From: Cetorhinus maximus | Taxonomy: Eukaryota | Assembly: GCF_964194155.1 (NCBI RefSeq) | Contig: NC_135907.1 | Span: 9,734,001 to 9,798,000 of the forward strand | Direction of reading: 5' to 3' | Length of the DNA stretch: 64,000 bases | Shown: piece by piece, positions 1 to 14,600 of the stretch | Numbering within the stretch: the stretch's first letter is position 1 | Layout of the letters: every line of letters begins with the position of its first letter | Position numbers and translations under genes: made by a program | Notes under the pieces: model-generated | The model's input: the letters and a program-made list of their open reading frames with translations, nothing else | Database searches by the model: none | Told to the model about the DNA's origin: nothing

Positions 1-570
1 CTGTCAAATTTTTGTCCACTCACATAAATGTCTATATCCCTTTGCAAATATACCTCCTCTTGGCAACTTACTTTCCTACCTATCTTTGTGTAATCAGAAA
101 ATTTAGCTAGCATACATTCGGTTCCTTCATCCAAATCACTGATGTAGATTGTAAATCGTTGAGACCCCAGCATTGATGGGGGATAGAGTAGGGGTATGGG
201 ACTCAGCAGGTTGGTCTAGAGAGAGCCAGCATGAATCTGATGGACCAAACAGCCTCCTTTTATGTAGTAATGAGTCTTTGATTCTTAATACATATCAAAA
301 TTTTGAAAACCTCAATTAACTCTTCCTTCACACCAGTGAAAAAGCCCCAATTCTTCAAGCCTCTCTTCATAACTCTTACCATTTATCCCTGAGGTGATTC
401 TAGTGAACCTTTGCTGTGTCCATTCCATGGTTTCAATGTAGTCTCATAATGGGGAACCCAGAACTGTATGGAGTGGTCCAGTGGAGGTCTCAGTAATGGG
501 TTGTATAGATTCATCATCACTACCATGCTTTTGTGAACAATGTCCCAAATATAAAGCCCTAAATACCCTT
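1..570. mobile_element. Mosaic of CR1 fragments (RT on minus 1-170, 3' UTR on plus 175-280, older fragment on minus 290-570)
   Basis: 1-170 resembles 3600-3770; 175-280 has the CR1 tail gagagagccagc...ggaccaaacagcctcct. Confidence 0.6.
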
Positions 571-1244
571 TAAGAGAAGCTTCTTGGATTTGATTTTAAG
601 GGCAAAGTTGTCAGATATTGAAGTTATATTGTAGGAAATCAGCTGCAGAGATAGGGAGGAATTAGTGCTGCTATTATGCAGTGGGCCCAGTCAATCATGC
701 ACAGTTTCTCGGAGAGTTACTTCCTTTTTGATAGTCTCTGGGACCCTGTGTATATGATAAAATTTCCACTAACTTCTACATGTGGCCCTCCATTTGAGTT
801 CCAGAAGAGAGGGAAAATGGCAATGGTAAAAGGCCTGAAGATCCACAAATGATCCTGGATATGAACATCACTCAAAAGCAAGAGTTTGGGAATCTCAACA
901 AGACCACACCCTCATTGTGCCACCTCCCTGCTGCAGAGCAGCATTCAGACCAACTATTCTGCTGCCATTCTCAATTGGGAAAAAGAGCAATAGGAAGGGT
1001 CAGACATTAGCCTAAATTAAAACTGGAATAAACTGTTTAAAAAAACTGCCTCCTGTTATACACAGTAATCTCGCCAGTCTGGAAATCTATTGTTCAGAAA
1101 CACCAGTTGTCCAGAAGTTTTCTGAACAGACTGAAGCAACTCATGGCATCATTTTAGTACAGTACTTTGAGTTGAAACGTGGAAGATACTACTGTATTGG
1201 AGAAGTAAAACAATTTTTATGACTGATTTATAATATTTTATCAT

Positions 1245-1975
1245 TGCTGAAAAAGAGACATGTTGACCCGACGTTCTGTCTATCACACAAATGAGTAATG
1301 TGGTATATGAATTTCAGTGCCAGGGTGATGCTAGGTATGTAGGCCGTACATCCCAAAGACTGGCGGATCCTATCAAACAGCATGTCCCAGCCGCTGTTCA
1401 CAACTGGCAAGGTACAGATTGTACCCAGCCAGGCCATACTTGCAAAACTCAAAACACAGTGTCCGACATTAGATGTGATTCTGCGATTGGCCATGTGCTA
1501 AATACTCCTCAATGTGCTAAGAATTACGTTGACAACCAATTTAAGATCATCAGTCGGGCTCACAATGTGGCACATTTGTGTGTTCTGGAAGCTACATATA
1601 TTAATACACAGGGCCCTGTTCTTTGCAGACAGAAAGAACATGTACATACATTGCGCCTGTTTCAGCTAAACAAAATAAGTAATAGCCATTCGCTGACTCA
1701 TTCCTCAGGGCAATACTTGACCAACAGGGTCAAGCTGCCTGGTTTAAATTTCAAACAATGCTCGGCAGTTAATTGTCAGTCACCATCATTTGGTGCATTC
1801 TCCATGGCAACACCTCCACCAATCAGAGTTCACTTGCTAACCAATCAGCAGTCATACAGTATATATTGTTGTTTTCCCCTTATATTGGTATTCTTGCAAA
1901 GTGTCCTGATGAGTGCAAGACGAAAAGCTTCAACATGTCTCTTTTTTCAGCAAAACTCAAGTTCTATGCTACCAA
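1245..1975 (+). mobile_element. Penelope-like element 3' fragment (GIY-YIG endonuclease plus pLTR)
   Basis: ORF 1291..2010 VVYEFQCQGDARYVGRTSQRLADPIKQH...SAIGH...LEATYI is GIY-YIG-like; about 22-bp inverted terminal copy (1245-1266 vs 1930-1952); hammerhead core at 1906-1925. Confidence 0.85.
1901..1936 (+). ncRNA. Minimal type-I hammerhead ribozyme motif (Penelope-associated)
   Basis: GTGTC-CTGATGA-GTGCAAGAC-GAAA-AGCT-TC-AACAT: intact CUGAUGA/GAAA core, palindromic stem III, UUC triplet, one mismatch in stem I. Confidence 0.65.
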
Positions 1976-2189
1976 ACAAATGTTTTATTACTGTTTTATG
2001 CTTCAGGTAAATATTTATATCCACGGTGTTTTCTGGCTCACACACTTGTGGTAGGGGAATTCTAACTTCATTCGATAATCCAGATAATTCTGACATCCAG
2101 AAATGACTTGGTCACAAGCATTCTGGACTGGAGAGTTTAACATGTATACTTTATGTAAATAATAAGATCCTGCACATAAATAGCCCCAT

Positions 2190-2550
2190 TGATGTAGTGA
2201 AACATTAAGGCAGGTGACCAAAAGCTTGGTCAAAGAGATAGGTTTCGAGGAACATCTTAAAGGAAGATAGAGAGGCAGCGAGGTTTAGGAAGGGAATTCA
2301 AGAGTTTAGGGTAGCTGAAGACACGGCCACCAATGGTGGAGTGAGTTATAAGTCAGGGATGCTTAAGAGACCAGAATTAGAGGAGTGCAGAGATCTTGGA
2401 GGGTTTTTAGGGCTGAAAGGAGATTACAGAGATAGGCAGGGATGAAGCCATGGAAGGATTATAATTATGGATGAGAATTTTAAAATCAAAGTGTTGCTTA
2501 ACTGAAAAACAATGTAGCACAGGGGGTGATGGGTGAATGGGATTTAGAGC
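2190..2550 (-). mobile_element. L2-type LINE 3' fragment
   Basis: ggtgaccaaaagcttggtcaaagagataggtt...gaattttaaaatc shared with 50930-51310 and complementary to 9060-9420. Confidence 0.65.
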
Positions 2551-2561
2551 AAGTACCTTAC

Positions 2562-2608
2562 CTTTGTTTTTAATCATTGCCGCCAGCAACTTATCCTCCT
2601 CTTCCTCT
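2562..2608 (-). CDS. MICALL1: MICALL1 exon 15, 47 bp, phase 2 to 1
   Basis: cttacag|AGAGGAAGAG...AACAAAG|gtaagg; [16 protein letters not shown]. Confidence 0.9.
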
Positions 2609-5600
2609 CTGTAAGACAGTAATGTGAGAATTAATCTCCCATTCTCTCTCTCATGTACTTGCCTTTGGGCATAATCAAGAAATACTCCACTATCCTGCGG
2701 CCATTGCTCAGGGATGGAAAACTTGTACCCCAATATGCTGTGCCAGTTACCCCTATAGGAACCTGGTACTCCAATATCTTGTGCCCATAAGGATATAAGA
2801 CGTAGGAGCAGAAGTAGGCCATTCAGCCCATCAAGTCTGCTCCGCCACTCAATAAGATTTTATAATCCTCAACTCCACTTTCCTGCCTTTTCCCCCATAA
2901 CCCTTGATTCCCTTACTGATTAAAAATCTATCTCGGCCTTGAATATACTTAACGACCCAGCCTCTACAGCCCTCCGTGGTAAAGAATTCCACAGATTCAC
3001 TAGCCTCTGAGAGAAGAAATTCCTCCTCATCTCTGTCTTAGATGGGCGATCCCTTACTCTGAACTTATGCTCTCTGGTCCTAGACTCTCCCACAAGGGGA
3101 AACAACCTCTCAGCATCTACCCTGTCAAACCCGCTAAAAATCTTATATGTTTCAATAAGGTCGCCGCTCATTCTTCTAAACTCCAATGAGTACAGGCCCA
3201 ACCTACTCAACCTCCCCTCGTAAGGAAATCCCTCCATACCCGGGATCAACCTAGTGAACCTTCTCTGGACTGCCTCCAATGCCAGTATATCTTTTCCTTA
3301 GATAAGGGGACCAAAACTGTTCACAGTATTCTAGGTGTGATCTAACTAGTGCCTTGTATAGTTTTAGCAAGAATTCTCTATTTTTATACTCCATTCCCTT
3401 TGAAATAAAGGTCAACATTTAATTTGCCTTCCCGATTACCTGTTGAACTTGTATGCTAGCTTTTTGGGATTAATGCATGAGGACCCCCAAATCCCTCTGT
3501 GCTGAGCTTTCTACAGTCTTTCTCCATTTAAATAATATTCAGCTCCTCTATTCTTCCTGCCAAAGTGAATAACCTCACATTTTCCCACATTATATTCCAT
3601 CTGCCAAGTTTTTGCCCACTCACTTAACCTGTCTATATCCCTCTGTAGACTCTTTATGTCATCCTCATCACTTACTTCCCACCTACTTTTATGTCATCCA
3701 CAAACTTGGCAATAGTATATTCACTTCCCTCATCCAAGTCATTAATATATAGTATAAATAACTGTGGCCCCAGCACATCCCTGTGGCACTCCACTCGTTA
3801 CAGGTTGCCAACCTGAAAATGACCCCCTTATTGCAACTCTCTGTCTTTTATTACTTAGCCAGTCCTCTATCCATGCTAATATGCTACCCCCAACACCATG
3901 GGCTCTTATTTTATTAAGTATCCTTATGTGCGGTACCTTATTGATCGCCTTTTGGAAATCCAAATATATTACATCTACTGGTTCCCCTTTATCCATCCTG
4001 CTTGTTACCTTCTCAAAGAATTCTAATAAATTTGTCAGGCATGGTTTCCCCTTCATGAAACCATGCTGACTTTGCTTGATTATATTATGTATTTCTAAAT
4101 GCTCTGTTATTACATCCTTTATAATAGACTTTAACATTTTCCCGATAACAGATGTTAAACTAACTGGCCTATAGTTACCTGTTTTTGTCTTCCCTTTTTG
4201 AATAAGGGCGTTATATTGGCAGTTTTCCAATCCTCTGGTGTTTTTCCAGAATCTAAGGATTCTTGGAAGATTACTACCAATGCATCCACTATCTCTGTAG
4301 CTACTTCCTTTAATATCCTAGGATGCAACCCATCAGGTCCAGGGGATTTATCAGCCTTTAGCCCATCAGTTTCCCTAGTACTTTTTTTCTAGTGATAGTT
4401 ATTGTATTTATTTCTTCCCCCCACCTTTTGCCCCTTGATTATTTAGTATTTTTGGAATGCTATTAGTGACTTCTACCGTGAAGACTGATGCAAAGTATTT
4501 ATTTAACTCCTATGCCATTTCCTGGTTCCCCACTGTTATTTCCCCAGCCTCATTCTCTAAGGAGATTATGTTCACTTTGGCCTCTCTCTTCCTTTTTATA
4601 TATTTAAAGAAGCTCTTACTATCCGTTTTTACATTACTTGCTAGTTTACCCTCAAAGTTGATTTTCTCCCCCTTTATTATTTTTCTGGTCATCTTATGTT
4701 GGTTTTTAGAACTTTCCCAATCCTCAGGCTTACCACTAATCTTTGCTACATTGTATGTTTTTTCTTTCAATTTGAAACTATCCTTAACTTCCTTGGTTAG
4801 CTATGGTTGGTTTATTCCCTTCCTTGGATCCTTCTTCCTCACTGGGATATATCTTTGTTGTGAGTCATGAACTATTTTCTTAAACGGCTGCTATTGTTCA
4901 TCAACCTTTTCTGCTAAACTCCTTTTCCAGTCCACTCCACCCTCAACTCTGCCCTCATTCCTTTGTAATTACCCTTATTTAAGTTTAGCACAGTTGTTTC
5001 TGACCCAAGTTTCTCACTCTCAAACTGAATGCTAAATTCTACCATGTTATGGTCACTGTTTCTTAGGGGATCTTTTACTCTAAGATCATTTATTAAACCT
5101 GCCTCATTACACATTACCAGATCCAAAATAGCCTGCTCCCAGGTTGGATTCACAGCATATTGTTCTAGGAAACTGTCCCGAATACACTCTATGAATTCAG
5201 TGCTCATAGTGCCTACCTCTGCCAATTTGATTTTTCCAGTCTACATGAAGATTAAAGTCACCCATGATTAATGTACTGCCTTTTTTACATGCCCTCATTA
5301 TCTCCTGATTTATTCTCTGTCCTACAGTATAGCTACTGTTAGGGGGCCTATAGACTACTCCCACCAGTGCCTTCTTCCCCTTGTTATTTCTTCACCCATA
5401 TAGATTCCACATCTTCCGATCCAAGATCATTTCTTGCTGTTATATTTATTCCATCTCGTACTAACAAAACTACCCCACCGCCCTTTCCTTCCTGCCTGCC
5501 CTTTTGAAAAGTCACATACCCCTGAATATTTAATTCCCAGCTATGATCTCCTTGTAACCATGTCTCCGTAATAGCTGTAAGATCATACCCATTAACCTCT

Positions 5601-8600
5601 ATTGTGCCTTTAATTCGTTTATTTTGTTCCGAACATTACGTGCATTTAAGTAAAGGACCATTATTTTTTGCCTTTTTACCATTTTTTTCTTCCTTTGACC
5701 CTATTTGCTTTTTTTTATGTTTGTACACTCTGTCCCTTCCTGTCACATTTGAGATATCATTACCTAAATAGCTGCCCTGCAATGCTGCCATATCCTTTTG
5801 CTTTGGAAGCCTACGTATCCCCTCTCCAGAACCCTCCCTCCCTCTATTTAGTTTAAAGCCCTCGCTAGGATCTTTATCATTTATCTAAATGAGTACTCTA
5901 TCACTGTCCTAAACGTTGTAATGTCATATCAGACTTAACTTGGGTGCTTACTCAACTTCCATAAGCTACAACAGAGGTGAAAACCTTGAAAATTTGAGCA
6001 TACACATTCAAGCCAACTTGAAGTGTGATGGCCAAGTGGACAGCACGCTAAAAAACCAAATAAACGAGCGTTCATCTCAGATCCCTCATCCTTTTTAGAC
6101 TCGCTGTCCATGACCTGTTGTTGATCTACACTGGCTAATTCATTCCTTGGTCGAATATGCTGCGCCTGTGTGGCACCCTGGCCTCACATATGTGTAAACC
6201 GCCCAGATTGAAAGAATAGAGAAGCGTTCCTCCTACAGTACCCCAATATCCTATGCCAGTTGCCCCTACAGTAAGCCAGTACCCCAATATCCTATGCCAG
6301 TTGCCCCTACAGTAAGCCAGTACCCCAATATCCTGTGCCAGTTGCCCCTACAGGAAGCCAGTACCTCAATATCCCAGCACTCTAATTACTGATTAGATTA
6401 CCGTTGTCGGTCCTCATCCAGGCTGTTGATGATGGCGTTTCTTTGCTCGATGACTGTAATCAACTCTTGCATTAACTCCGTTTCTCGTGCTCGATCCTCA
6501 TCTGTCCAATCTTTCTCTGCAGGGACAATTGAAGCAATGGTCAGCCTGAGGGAATTGGGAGTGCAGGAGGTAAACCCTGAGTGTGCTCTGTAGCAGTCAC
6601 TGACCTGGTTTGTTGAGTAGACAGCGCAATTCATACTCCACATCTGCCTGTCGCTCTTCCAGATTCTGCTGCTTGAAACTGGGAAATAGGACAAGGTTCA
6701 CATCACTAAAACAGGCTTCACACAGTCTTGAGGTTGAGGGTGGGGAAACCAGGGGAAAGAAAGCGGCGGGGGGGAGGGGGAGGGGCAGGTGTCATACAGC
6801 TTCCTCAGTAATACAGCTCCAAATAGCAGTTGTTATATAGCAGACCATCCATTTACAATTCCTTCACTAAGCCAATGGGACTAGGATATGGCAAGCTTCA
6901 TCCGGGTGCAGCAGTTTTCTCTCACCATCTGCTCACCCTTGCAGATTGACTGCTACTGGTCGGGTCACTGATCAGAGGCCAGGACCACTTACAGTGGCTT
7001 GGATCAGAGTAGAGGGGCTGGCTGATATTCTGAGGCTGTACAAGCACTCAGCCCACTCCGATTCCTGACAGAGGAGGTGACGTAAGAGGCAGGGGATAAA
7101 GAGGAGGGAAAGGGGGTGGGGGAAGAGAGGTAAAGGGGAAGAAGAGTGAGGGAAGGAACATGGGGGCTGGAATGGCACTGCTGCTCAGATAATAAAGAAA
7201 CTAAATTAACTCAAGTTTACTCCACGGCGATGTAGAGGATCACAGGCATAAGGTGCTGACAGCTTCGCACAGCTTACACAGTGTGCAGAGGATAATGGAT
7301 TTCTATAACAAACTAGCCTAGGATTGGCTGCATGCCTGATGCCACATTGACAGGTAATACAACAGGATTTACCAAAGACAGCAATTTCTTTCCTCTCTCC
7401 TTCACACACCTTCCCCCAGGTCAGGGACATCTTGGCAATCCCTGATCAGCCACAAAGAGTAAATCAATTAGGGACAGGAAAAAGTCAGTGCCCTTTACCC
7501 TCAGGACACCCCTAACCTTCACAAGGTTATTGCGCTTTAGGTGGCTACATGGCGTCAAAGAAAAAGATACAGACTTATTGGAATGAAACAGCCCCACTTC
7601 CAGGCCTCAAAACAACTCACGTGTAAACAAGCTCTGACTCCCGGCGGACTAGCATGTGCTTCTCATGGATCAGTTTGAACCAGTCGACCAGGAGATCATC
7701 TTCGTCTTCATCTGGGGATGCAAGATGAAAATGAATACTGACTGGAGATGTGCCAAGGCCCGTTTCCCCTCCTCGAATCATCGCCACTCCCCCGTCCACC
7801 CCCATTTCCCACCTCCCCACAATGTAACAGGGTCAAGGGCACAGTTTTATCCTGGTTTCCAAAACTCTCCATGGCTTTCTCCTCCAGAGGTCCTTAAACC
7901 ATTATACATAATAGGGGTGAGTTACATACAGAGGAAATCTCTCTCTGCCTTTGATATGAATTCTCCTCAGCACACCATCTTCTGTTGTAATGGGATTGTA
8001 TTTCTGTAACCTCCAGCCATCCAAGAATTTGGCAATGCTCCAATTCCAGCCTCTTGCAGATCCCCAATTTTCATCGCTCCACAACTGGTGGTCGTGCCTT
8101 CAGTTGCCTAGGTCCCAAGTTCTGAAATTCCCTCTCTATTTCTCTCCCCGCTTTTTAAAAAGCTCTTTATAATTGACCTCTTTGGCCAAGCAAATTCAGC
8201 TTAAAGGGTATGTCAGTGGCCATCACCAACTCCTGGCTACAAGCTGGGTATGACTGGGAGATAGGTTTCCCAGTTTACAAGGTCTTTAGAAAGGAAAGGA
8301 AGATTTGAAAAGAGGGAGGTTTAGCAATATTGGGAAAGGACACTATTACAGTGAGGGCATATTAGCATGAATGAGCAAGTGGTAGAAGCACTCTGCATGG
8401 AATTCAGAATTGAAAAGACTTGGGGAATTGGATTGATGACCTCCAGATAGCAGGGATAAAGTAGTGGGATATATAAATACGGAGATCAGAGAAGCTTGTT
8501 CCAAAAGCAGCACAGTTATACTGAAATATATTAATTTTCATGTAGACTGGAGAAGCAGAATAGATAAGGCCATCTCTTGTATCGCTTTCTACCCACACCC

Positions 8601-11600
8601 CCCTCCCCACTTCAAACCTTACATTTCTTGTGTGTCTGCCCCGGGGAAAAGCTCTCCCCCAATTACACTGGTCCCTGCCACCAACTCCAGCCCTCTCCCT
8701 GGCAACGGTCAAAGGTTGAACCAGACTTGTGCAACCTCGTTGTTAAGCTTGATCCCAGAATAAGCTTCCAATCACATAACTGTGTAATTACCAAGACGTC
8801 TGCTTCCACCTCTATCACATCGCCTGTCTACCCCTGCCTCAGCTCATCTGCTGCTGAAACGCTCATTCATGCCTTCAACACTTTTAGACTTGTCTATTCT
8901 AATGCACTCCTGGCTGGTCTCCTACATTTTACCCTTCGCAAACTTGAGGCCATTCAAAACTCTACTGGCCGTGTCCTAACTTGCACCAAATCCCGTTTAT
9001 CCATCAACCCTGTGCTCGTTGACCTACACCAGTTCCCGGTTAAGCCACACCACTAATTTAATTTGCTCAACCTTGTTGTCAAACCTCTCCACTAGCTCAC
9101 CGCGACCCATCTCTGCAAACTCTTCCAACCCCTCAACTCTCTGCGATATCTCAGGTCCTCTAATTCTGGTCTCTTGAGCATCCCCAATTTTAATCGCTCC
9201 ACCATTCAGCTGTCTAAACCCTAAGTACTGGAATCCTCTCCCTACACCTCTCCACCTCACTTTCCTTCTTTAAGACTCCTTAAAAACAATTTCTTTAATT
9301 AAGCTTTTGGTCAACTGCCCTCATATCTCTTTCTGTGGGCTCAGTGTCATATTTTGTTTTATAATGCTACTAAGGACATCTTATTACATTAAAGGTGTTA
9401 CATAAATACAAGTTGTTGTTGAACAGCTTGAGACCCAAAGGCAGCAAATTTTTTGAATGTATTCGGGACAATTTTCTGGAGCAATATGTTCTAGAACCAA
9501 CAAGCAGACAGGGTTCTGAAGAAAGGTCCTTGACCTGAAACAACTCTCTTTCTCTCTCCAAAGACGCTGACAGACTTGCTGAGTATTTGCAGCATTTCTG
9601 TTTTTATTTCAGATGTCCAGCATTGGCAGTATTTTGCTTTTGTTGTTATACTTGTTATGAAGATGTGTTGTATAGAATGTTACTTTATAATGTCATCGTG
9701 TGTATATACTGAACTTTTTGAGAAGAACACTTTTGCTAAGCAAAGGACGTTGGCCTACAGCAGCTACTATGTTGCATTTGCGAAGGATACAAGCTGCATT
9801 ATGGGGATAAGAGTCTACAGAGCTCTCAGAGGCAGAAGCCTTAGCCAGAGAGAGGTCACATGACCTAGCTCTTGGGTGTAAAATATACTGGATCGAACTA
9901 ACAGAGGGACTGCCACAGGGACAAAGGGCAACAGCCTTACCCCCTCTTTCTTTCTCCAAAACCTCTCATCAATGCTGAGCTGTTAGTGATTTGAAAACCC
10001 ACCAGAAGAACTCATTGCTGCAAGCCATGAGTTCTTAAAGGAGGATTCTGGGGAGGTGATGGTGTAGTGGTATTGTAGCTGGATTAGTAATTAAGAGACC
10101 CAGGGTAAATCTGTGGGGACCTGGGTTCGAATCCTGCCACGGCAGACTCTGGAATTTGAATTCAATAAAAATCTGGAATTAAAAGTCTAATGATGACCAT
10201 GAAACCATTGTTGACTAATATTCTTTAGGGAAGGAAATCTGTTGTCCTTCCCTGGTCTGGCTTACATGTGACTCCAGACCCACAGCAATGTGGTTGACTC
10301 TTAAATGCCCTCTGAATGAGTGCAATTAGGGGTGGGCAATAAATGCTGGTCTAGCCAGCAATGCCCACATCCATCCAATGAATAAAAAAAATCACTGTCT
10401 CCAAGAGAAAATAGAATCAACCAGCTATGACAGCAGAATGACAGCTCCAGTGAGAAACCCAAGTACCAGCAGTGACTTTGGAAAGTGACCCTTCAGTGTA
10501 AACAAGCATTCAGACAATCCGTGAATAATTATTTTTCTGACATCACTTTTTACTTGGCCAAGTTTTAAGATCTGATACTCTGCAGAGTTTTATTTCTTTT
10601 TTTGCATGCCTGGTGGGGGCGTGGGGGAGCGGGGTGCATTGTGTGTGTGTTGTTTTTGCATTAATGGGTAGTTGGACATATCTGTACATTTTAAACCTTT
10701 TGTTAATAATTTCTGCATCTTTACCTGAGTGAGTTTTAGCAACAAAATTAACTCTTTACTTGTTAACTTAAGGAACCTGGCTGGCTTATTTCTTACACCA
10801 AGCTGTACACAGTTAAGTATATATATTGAATAGGCAATATCACCTTTTAAATTCAAACTCTGTTATAACCAACCCAGGAGTAGGACAAAGAGGGCACCCC
10901 TCCTAACCTGTTTATAAACATAGCAGATATGAATGTTATTTATAAGGGCATCAGAAGGTATTCAAAAAGGTTCCACACAAAAGACAGTTAATAAAAGTGA
11001 CAGTGCATGGAACCTGCAGTAATCTATTGCCATGGGTAGGGAACTGGTTAGGAGGTAAGAGACAGAGAGTAGGGATAATGGGTAGGTGTTACCCAGAGAT
11101 CTATACTGGAGCTGCAGATTTTTACTATATTTATAAACGTCTTGGATTGAGGAATAGAGATCCATATATCCAAGTTTGCTGATAACACCAAGTTAAGTGA
11201 TACAGTAACTATTACTGATGTGAACAGACATTGAAATGGGTAAAAGTGTGAGGTTATTCACGAGACCTAAGATAGATGGATCTGAGTATTTTCTAAATAG
11301 TGAGAAGCTAGAAACTGAGAAGGAGCAGGGATATTTAGGGGTCCAAGTACAGAAGTCACTTAAAGCTACAGGTACAAAAAATATTTAAAAAGGCTACTGG
11401 TATACTGGTGTATATCTCAAGGGGCAGGAATACAAAGGGGTGGAAGTTACAGGTCTGTTGTGCAAAGCTCTGGTTAGATCCCAACTGGAGTCATGCATTC
11501 ACAGTTCTGAGCAACACACCTCAGGAAGGATATATCAGACAGGATGCAATGCAGATTTGCCAGAATGATATCGGGGTTATGTTACGGGGACAGATTGCAT

Positions 11601-14600
11601 AGATTAGGCTTTTAGCCCCTTGAATATAGAAGATTAAGGGGTCACCTAATTGAGGTGTTTAAGATAATCATAGGATAGACAGCGAGAAACTATTTCCTCT
11701 AGAGGGGTAGTCCAGAACAAGGGGTCATAACCTTAAAATTAGAGCTAAGCTATTGAGGGGTGATGTCAGGAAGCATTTCTTCACACAAAGGGTAATAGGA
11801 ATCTGGAACTCTCTCCCTTAAAAACCTGTTGAGGCTGGGGGCCGACTGAAAATTTCAAAACTGAAACAGATTTTTTGTTTGACAAGAGTATTAAGGGTCA
11901 TGGAACCAAAGTTAAGATGTAAATCAGCCATGATCTAATTGAATGGCGGGACAAGCTTCAGGGGCTGAATGGCTTCCTAGAGTCACGACGTCAGGGCATG
12001 GGAAGCGGCCATTAGGTCTATCGCATCTATTCTCTCCGTACAGTAATCCAGTCAGTCCCATTCCCCTGCACTATCCTTGTCACCCTGCAAGTTTATTTCC
12101 CTCAAGTGCCCATCCAATTTCCTTTTGAAATCATTCATCGTCTCTACTTCCACCACCCTCGTAGGCCGTATGTTTCAGGTCATTACCACTCATTACGTAA
12201 AGAAAAGTTCTTCCTCACACCTCCCCTGCATGTCTGGCCCAAACCCTTAAATCTGTGTCCCTCAGTCCTAGTCCCATCAGCTAATGATTATGTTTCTAGT
12301 TTTAAGGAGTGTCTGCTGAACTCACCATTTTCACAGCTGCGCAACTTCTCCTCCAGTGCAACCCCACGATGTTCCAGTTCATCCAGGCTCTGCTCCAGGT
12401 GTTCCAACTCTCCTTGGATACTCTCCTCTGGAATGTACTGATCTGCGTGCACCTAAAAAATCCCAAGGGTCAGAGTTCGATGACTTTGATAGATTACAGA
12501 CAGTTTTCAAAATTAATAGAATATATCAGGGTAGAAAAAGAGAAGTGAGAATCACCCTCAAAGTCCATATTCGAGGTACAGATTTAAGAGCACAGGTCCA
12601 TGCTACTCAATCCCATTTGCCTTGGATCAGTTGGAGAGTTTGGCCATATTTTCAAATGGCTGCCAGGCACAGCGTTATGCAAAGCTGCTCCATTCTGAGG
12701 CGCAGGCAAATTTAACACCATCAAATGGTCCTGCTCAAATAACACTTCCTACTAGTTGATAAAGTGAAAAGCCAGTCTGAGTGTGATAACAGGTCTTTCT
12801 CTCTCACACACATGCACAGCACAGTGAGCTCACACACAAGGTACAATCAGCGAGTGTGAAAACAGCTCACACATACACAAACAGCACAACTGAATGTGAC
12901 AACAGCTCACACTCAGGGCAAAGCGAGTGTGGTAACAGCTCTCTCACAATCAGTGAGTGTTATAACCAGGGAAAACTCTCTGGCTCTTCCTCACAATAGT
13001 AATTGGGATATTTGGTACAAAAACAAAGTACTGGAAATACTCAGCAGGTCCGGCAGCTTCTGCGGAGAGAGAAACAGAGTTAATGTTGGGAGTCGAATAT
13101 GACTCTACTTCAGTTCTTTCTGTTTTTATTTCATATTTCCAGCATCTGCAGTATTTTTCTTTTATTAGATGGGACATTTGGTGTCCACTTGTGAAGTCTC
13201 ATCCTACAGTGCAGCGGAGGCTCCCTCAGTACTGCACTGGAGTGCCAGTTTTGAATTTTGTGTTCCAGAACCAACAAGCTTCTGGTTCAGAGGAATGGCT
13301 GCAACAACTGAGCCACAGCTGACACCTAATGGACAGAGGCCATGAAGCGCCACTCCAGCTGGCTTCTCACAACCTCATTGATGAGGCTTGGGGGGCGAGT
13401 GGCCGATGAGGAACAATGGGGGGAAAACAAATGCAATTTCAGGTGTATCTATGCCACTTATCAATGTCAGTACAAGAGTACAAGACACAGGACTAACACG
13501 AATAGAACTTCGCAAGCGAGAACTCAAGAAACGTCAGTAGCTTTTGGTAGGCTGAGTTTGGTGACGTCACAACTGCAGAGGGTGCACTCCCCACACACAG
13601 GCAGTTCCAGTGCCTGTGACGTCACTGCCAGCAATATCCCAGGCAGCTGTCTGCGTCAAAAATGGCCCAGACCAAACTCAGCCAGAAAAGAATTACATTG
13701 TGAACTGGAAACTGAAAACAATGCTATATCCTCCTCTCTCAAAATAAACCTGCTTTCCTTTAAATTAAGCTGGTAACATTTAAGCAGAGTGTGTTTCAAA
13801 TGATTAGCAGTGCTTTTCTGGTCTGATGAGAGACTGTATTTTGACAATTTAAATGGACAGTGTATTGCTTTACTCTGTATATAATCCATGTTGTACTTTT
13901 CCTGGGCAGTGTGTGGTGGGACAACATACAGGGCAATTTCTTCTGCGTCTAACTGGCACTGTAAGTTCAGGAGACGAGCGGGGGCTTGGGAAACGGGTGG
14001 AAAGTGGGGGCTGGGGAGAGGTGGGGCAAGCGGGGGCTGGGGAGAGGTGGGGCAAGCGGGGGCTGGGGAGAGGTGGGACAAGCGGGGGCTGGGGAGAGGT
14101 GGGGCAAGCGGGGGCTCGGGAGAGGTGGGGCAAGCGGGGGCTGGGGAGAGGTGGGGCAAGCGGGGGCTGGGGAGAGGTGGGGCAAGCGGGGGCTGGGGAG
14201 AGGTGGGGCAAGCGGGGGCTGGGGAGAGGTGGGGCAAGCGGGGGCTGGGGAGAGGTGGGGCAAGCGGGGGCTGGGGAGAGGTGGGGCAAGCAGGGGCTGG
14301 GGAGAGGTGGGGCCTGCGGGTCTCGGGAGAGGTGGGGCAAGTGGGGGCTGGGGAGAGGGACAGTGAATGAGAAGCTGCAAGCGGGAGGTGGTGAGCAGGA
14401 AGCGGCAAGCAGTGAGCGGAGGGTGTGAGGCAGGGATCGGGAGGCAGGTGGCAGCGAGTGGAGTTTATGAGGTGGGGAGCAGGATGCGAGGTGCCGTAGA
14501 TGGGGAGTGGGAGGCAGGGAGGAGGTGAGTGAAGTTTATGAGATGGGGAGCGGGTGGCAGGGAGGAGGTGAGTGAAGTTTATGAAGTGGGGAGCGGGAGG

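Noticed and set aside
2787-5860. Active CR1 element
   Set aside because: ORF2 is broken by multiple frameshifts and stops.
6398-6694. Single ORF running through the 88-bp intron
   Set aside because: Exon 13 is in a different frame; intron retention in the true frame hits TGA after two codons.
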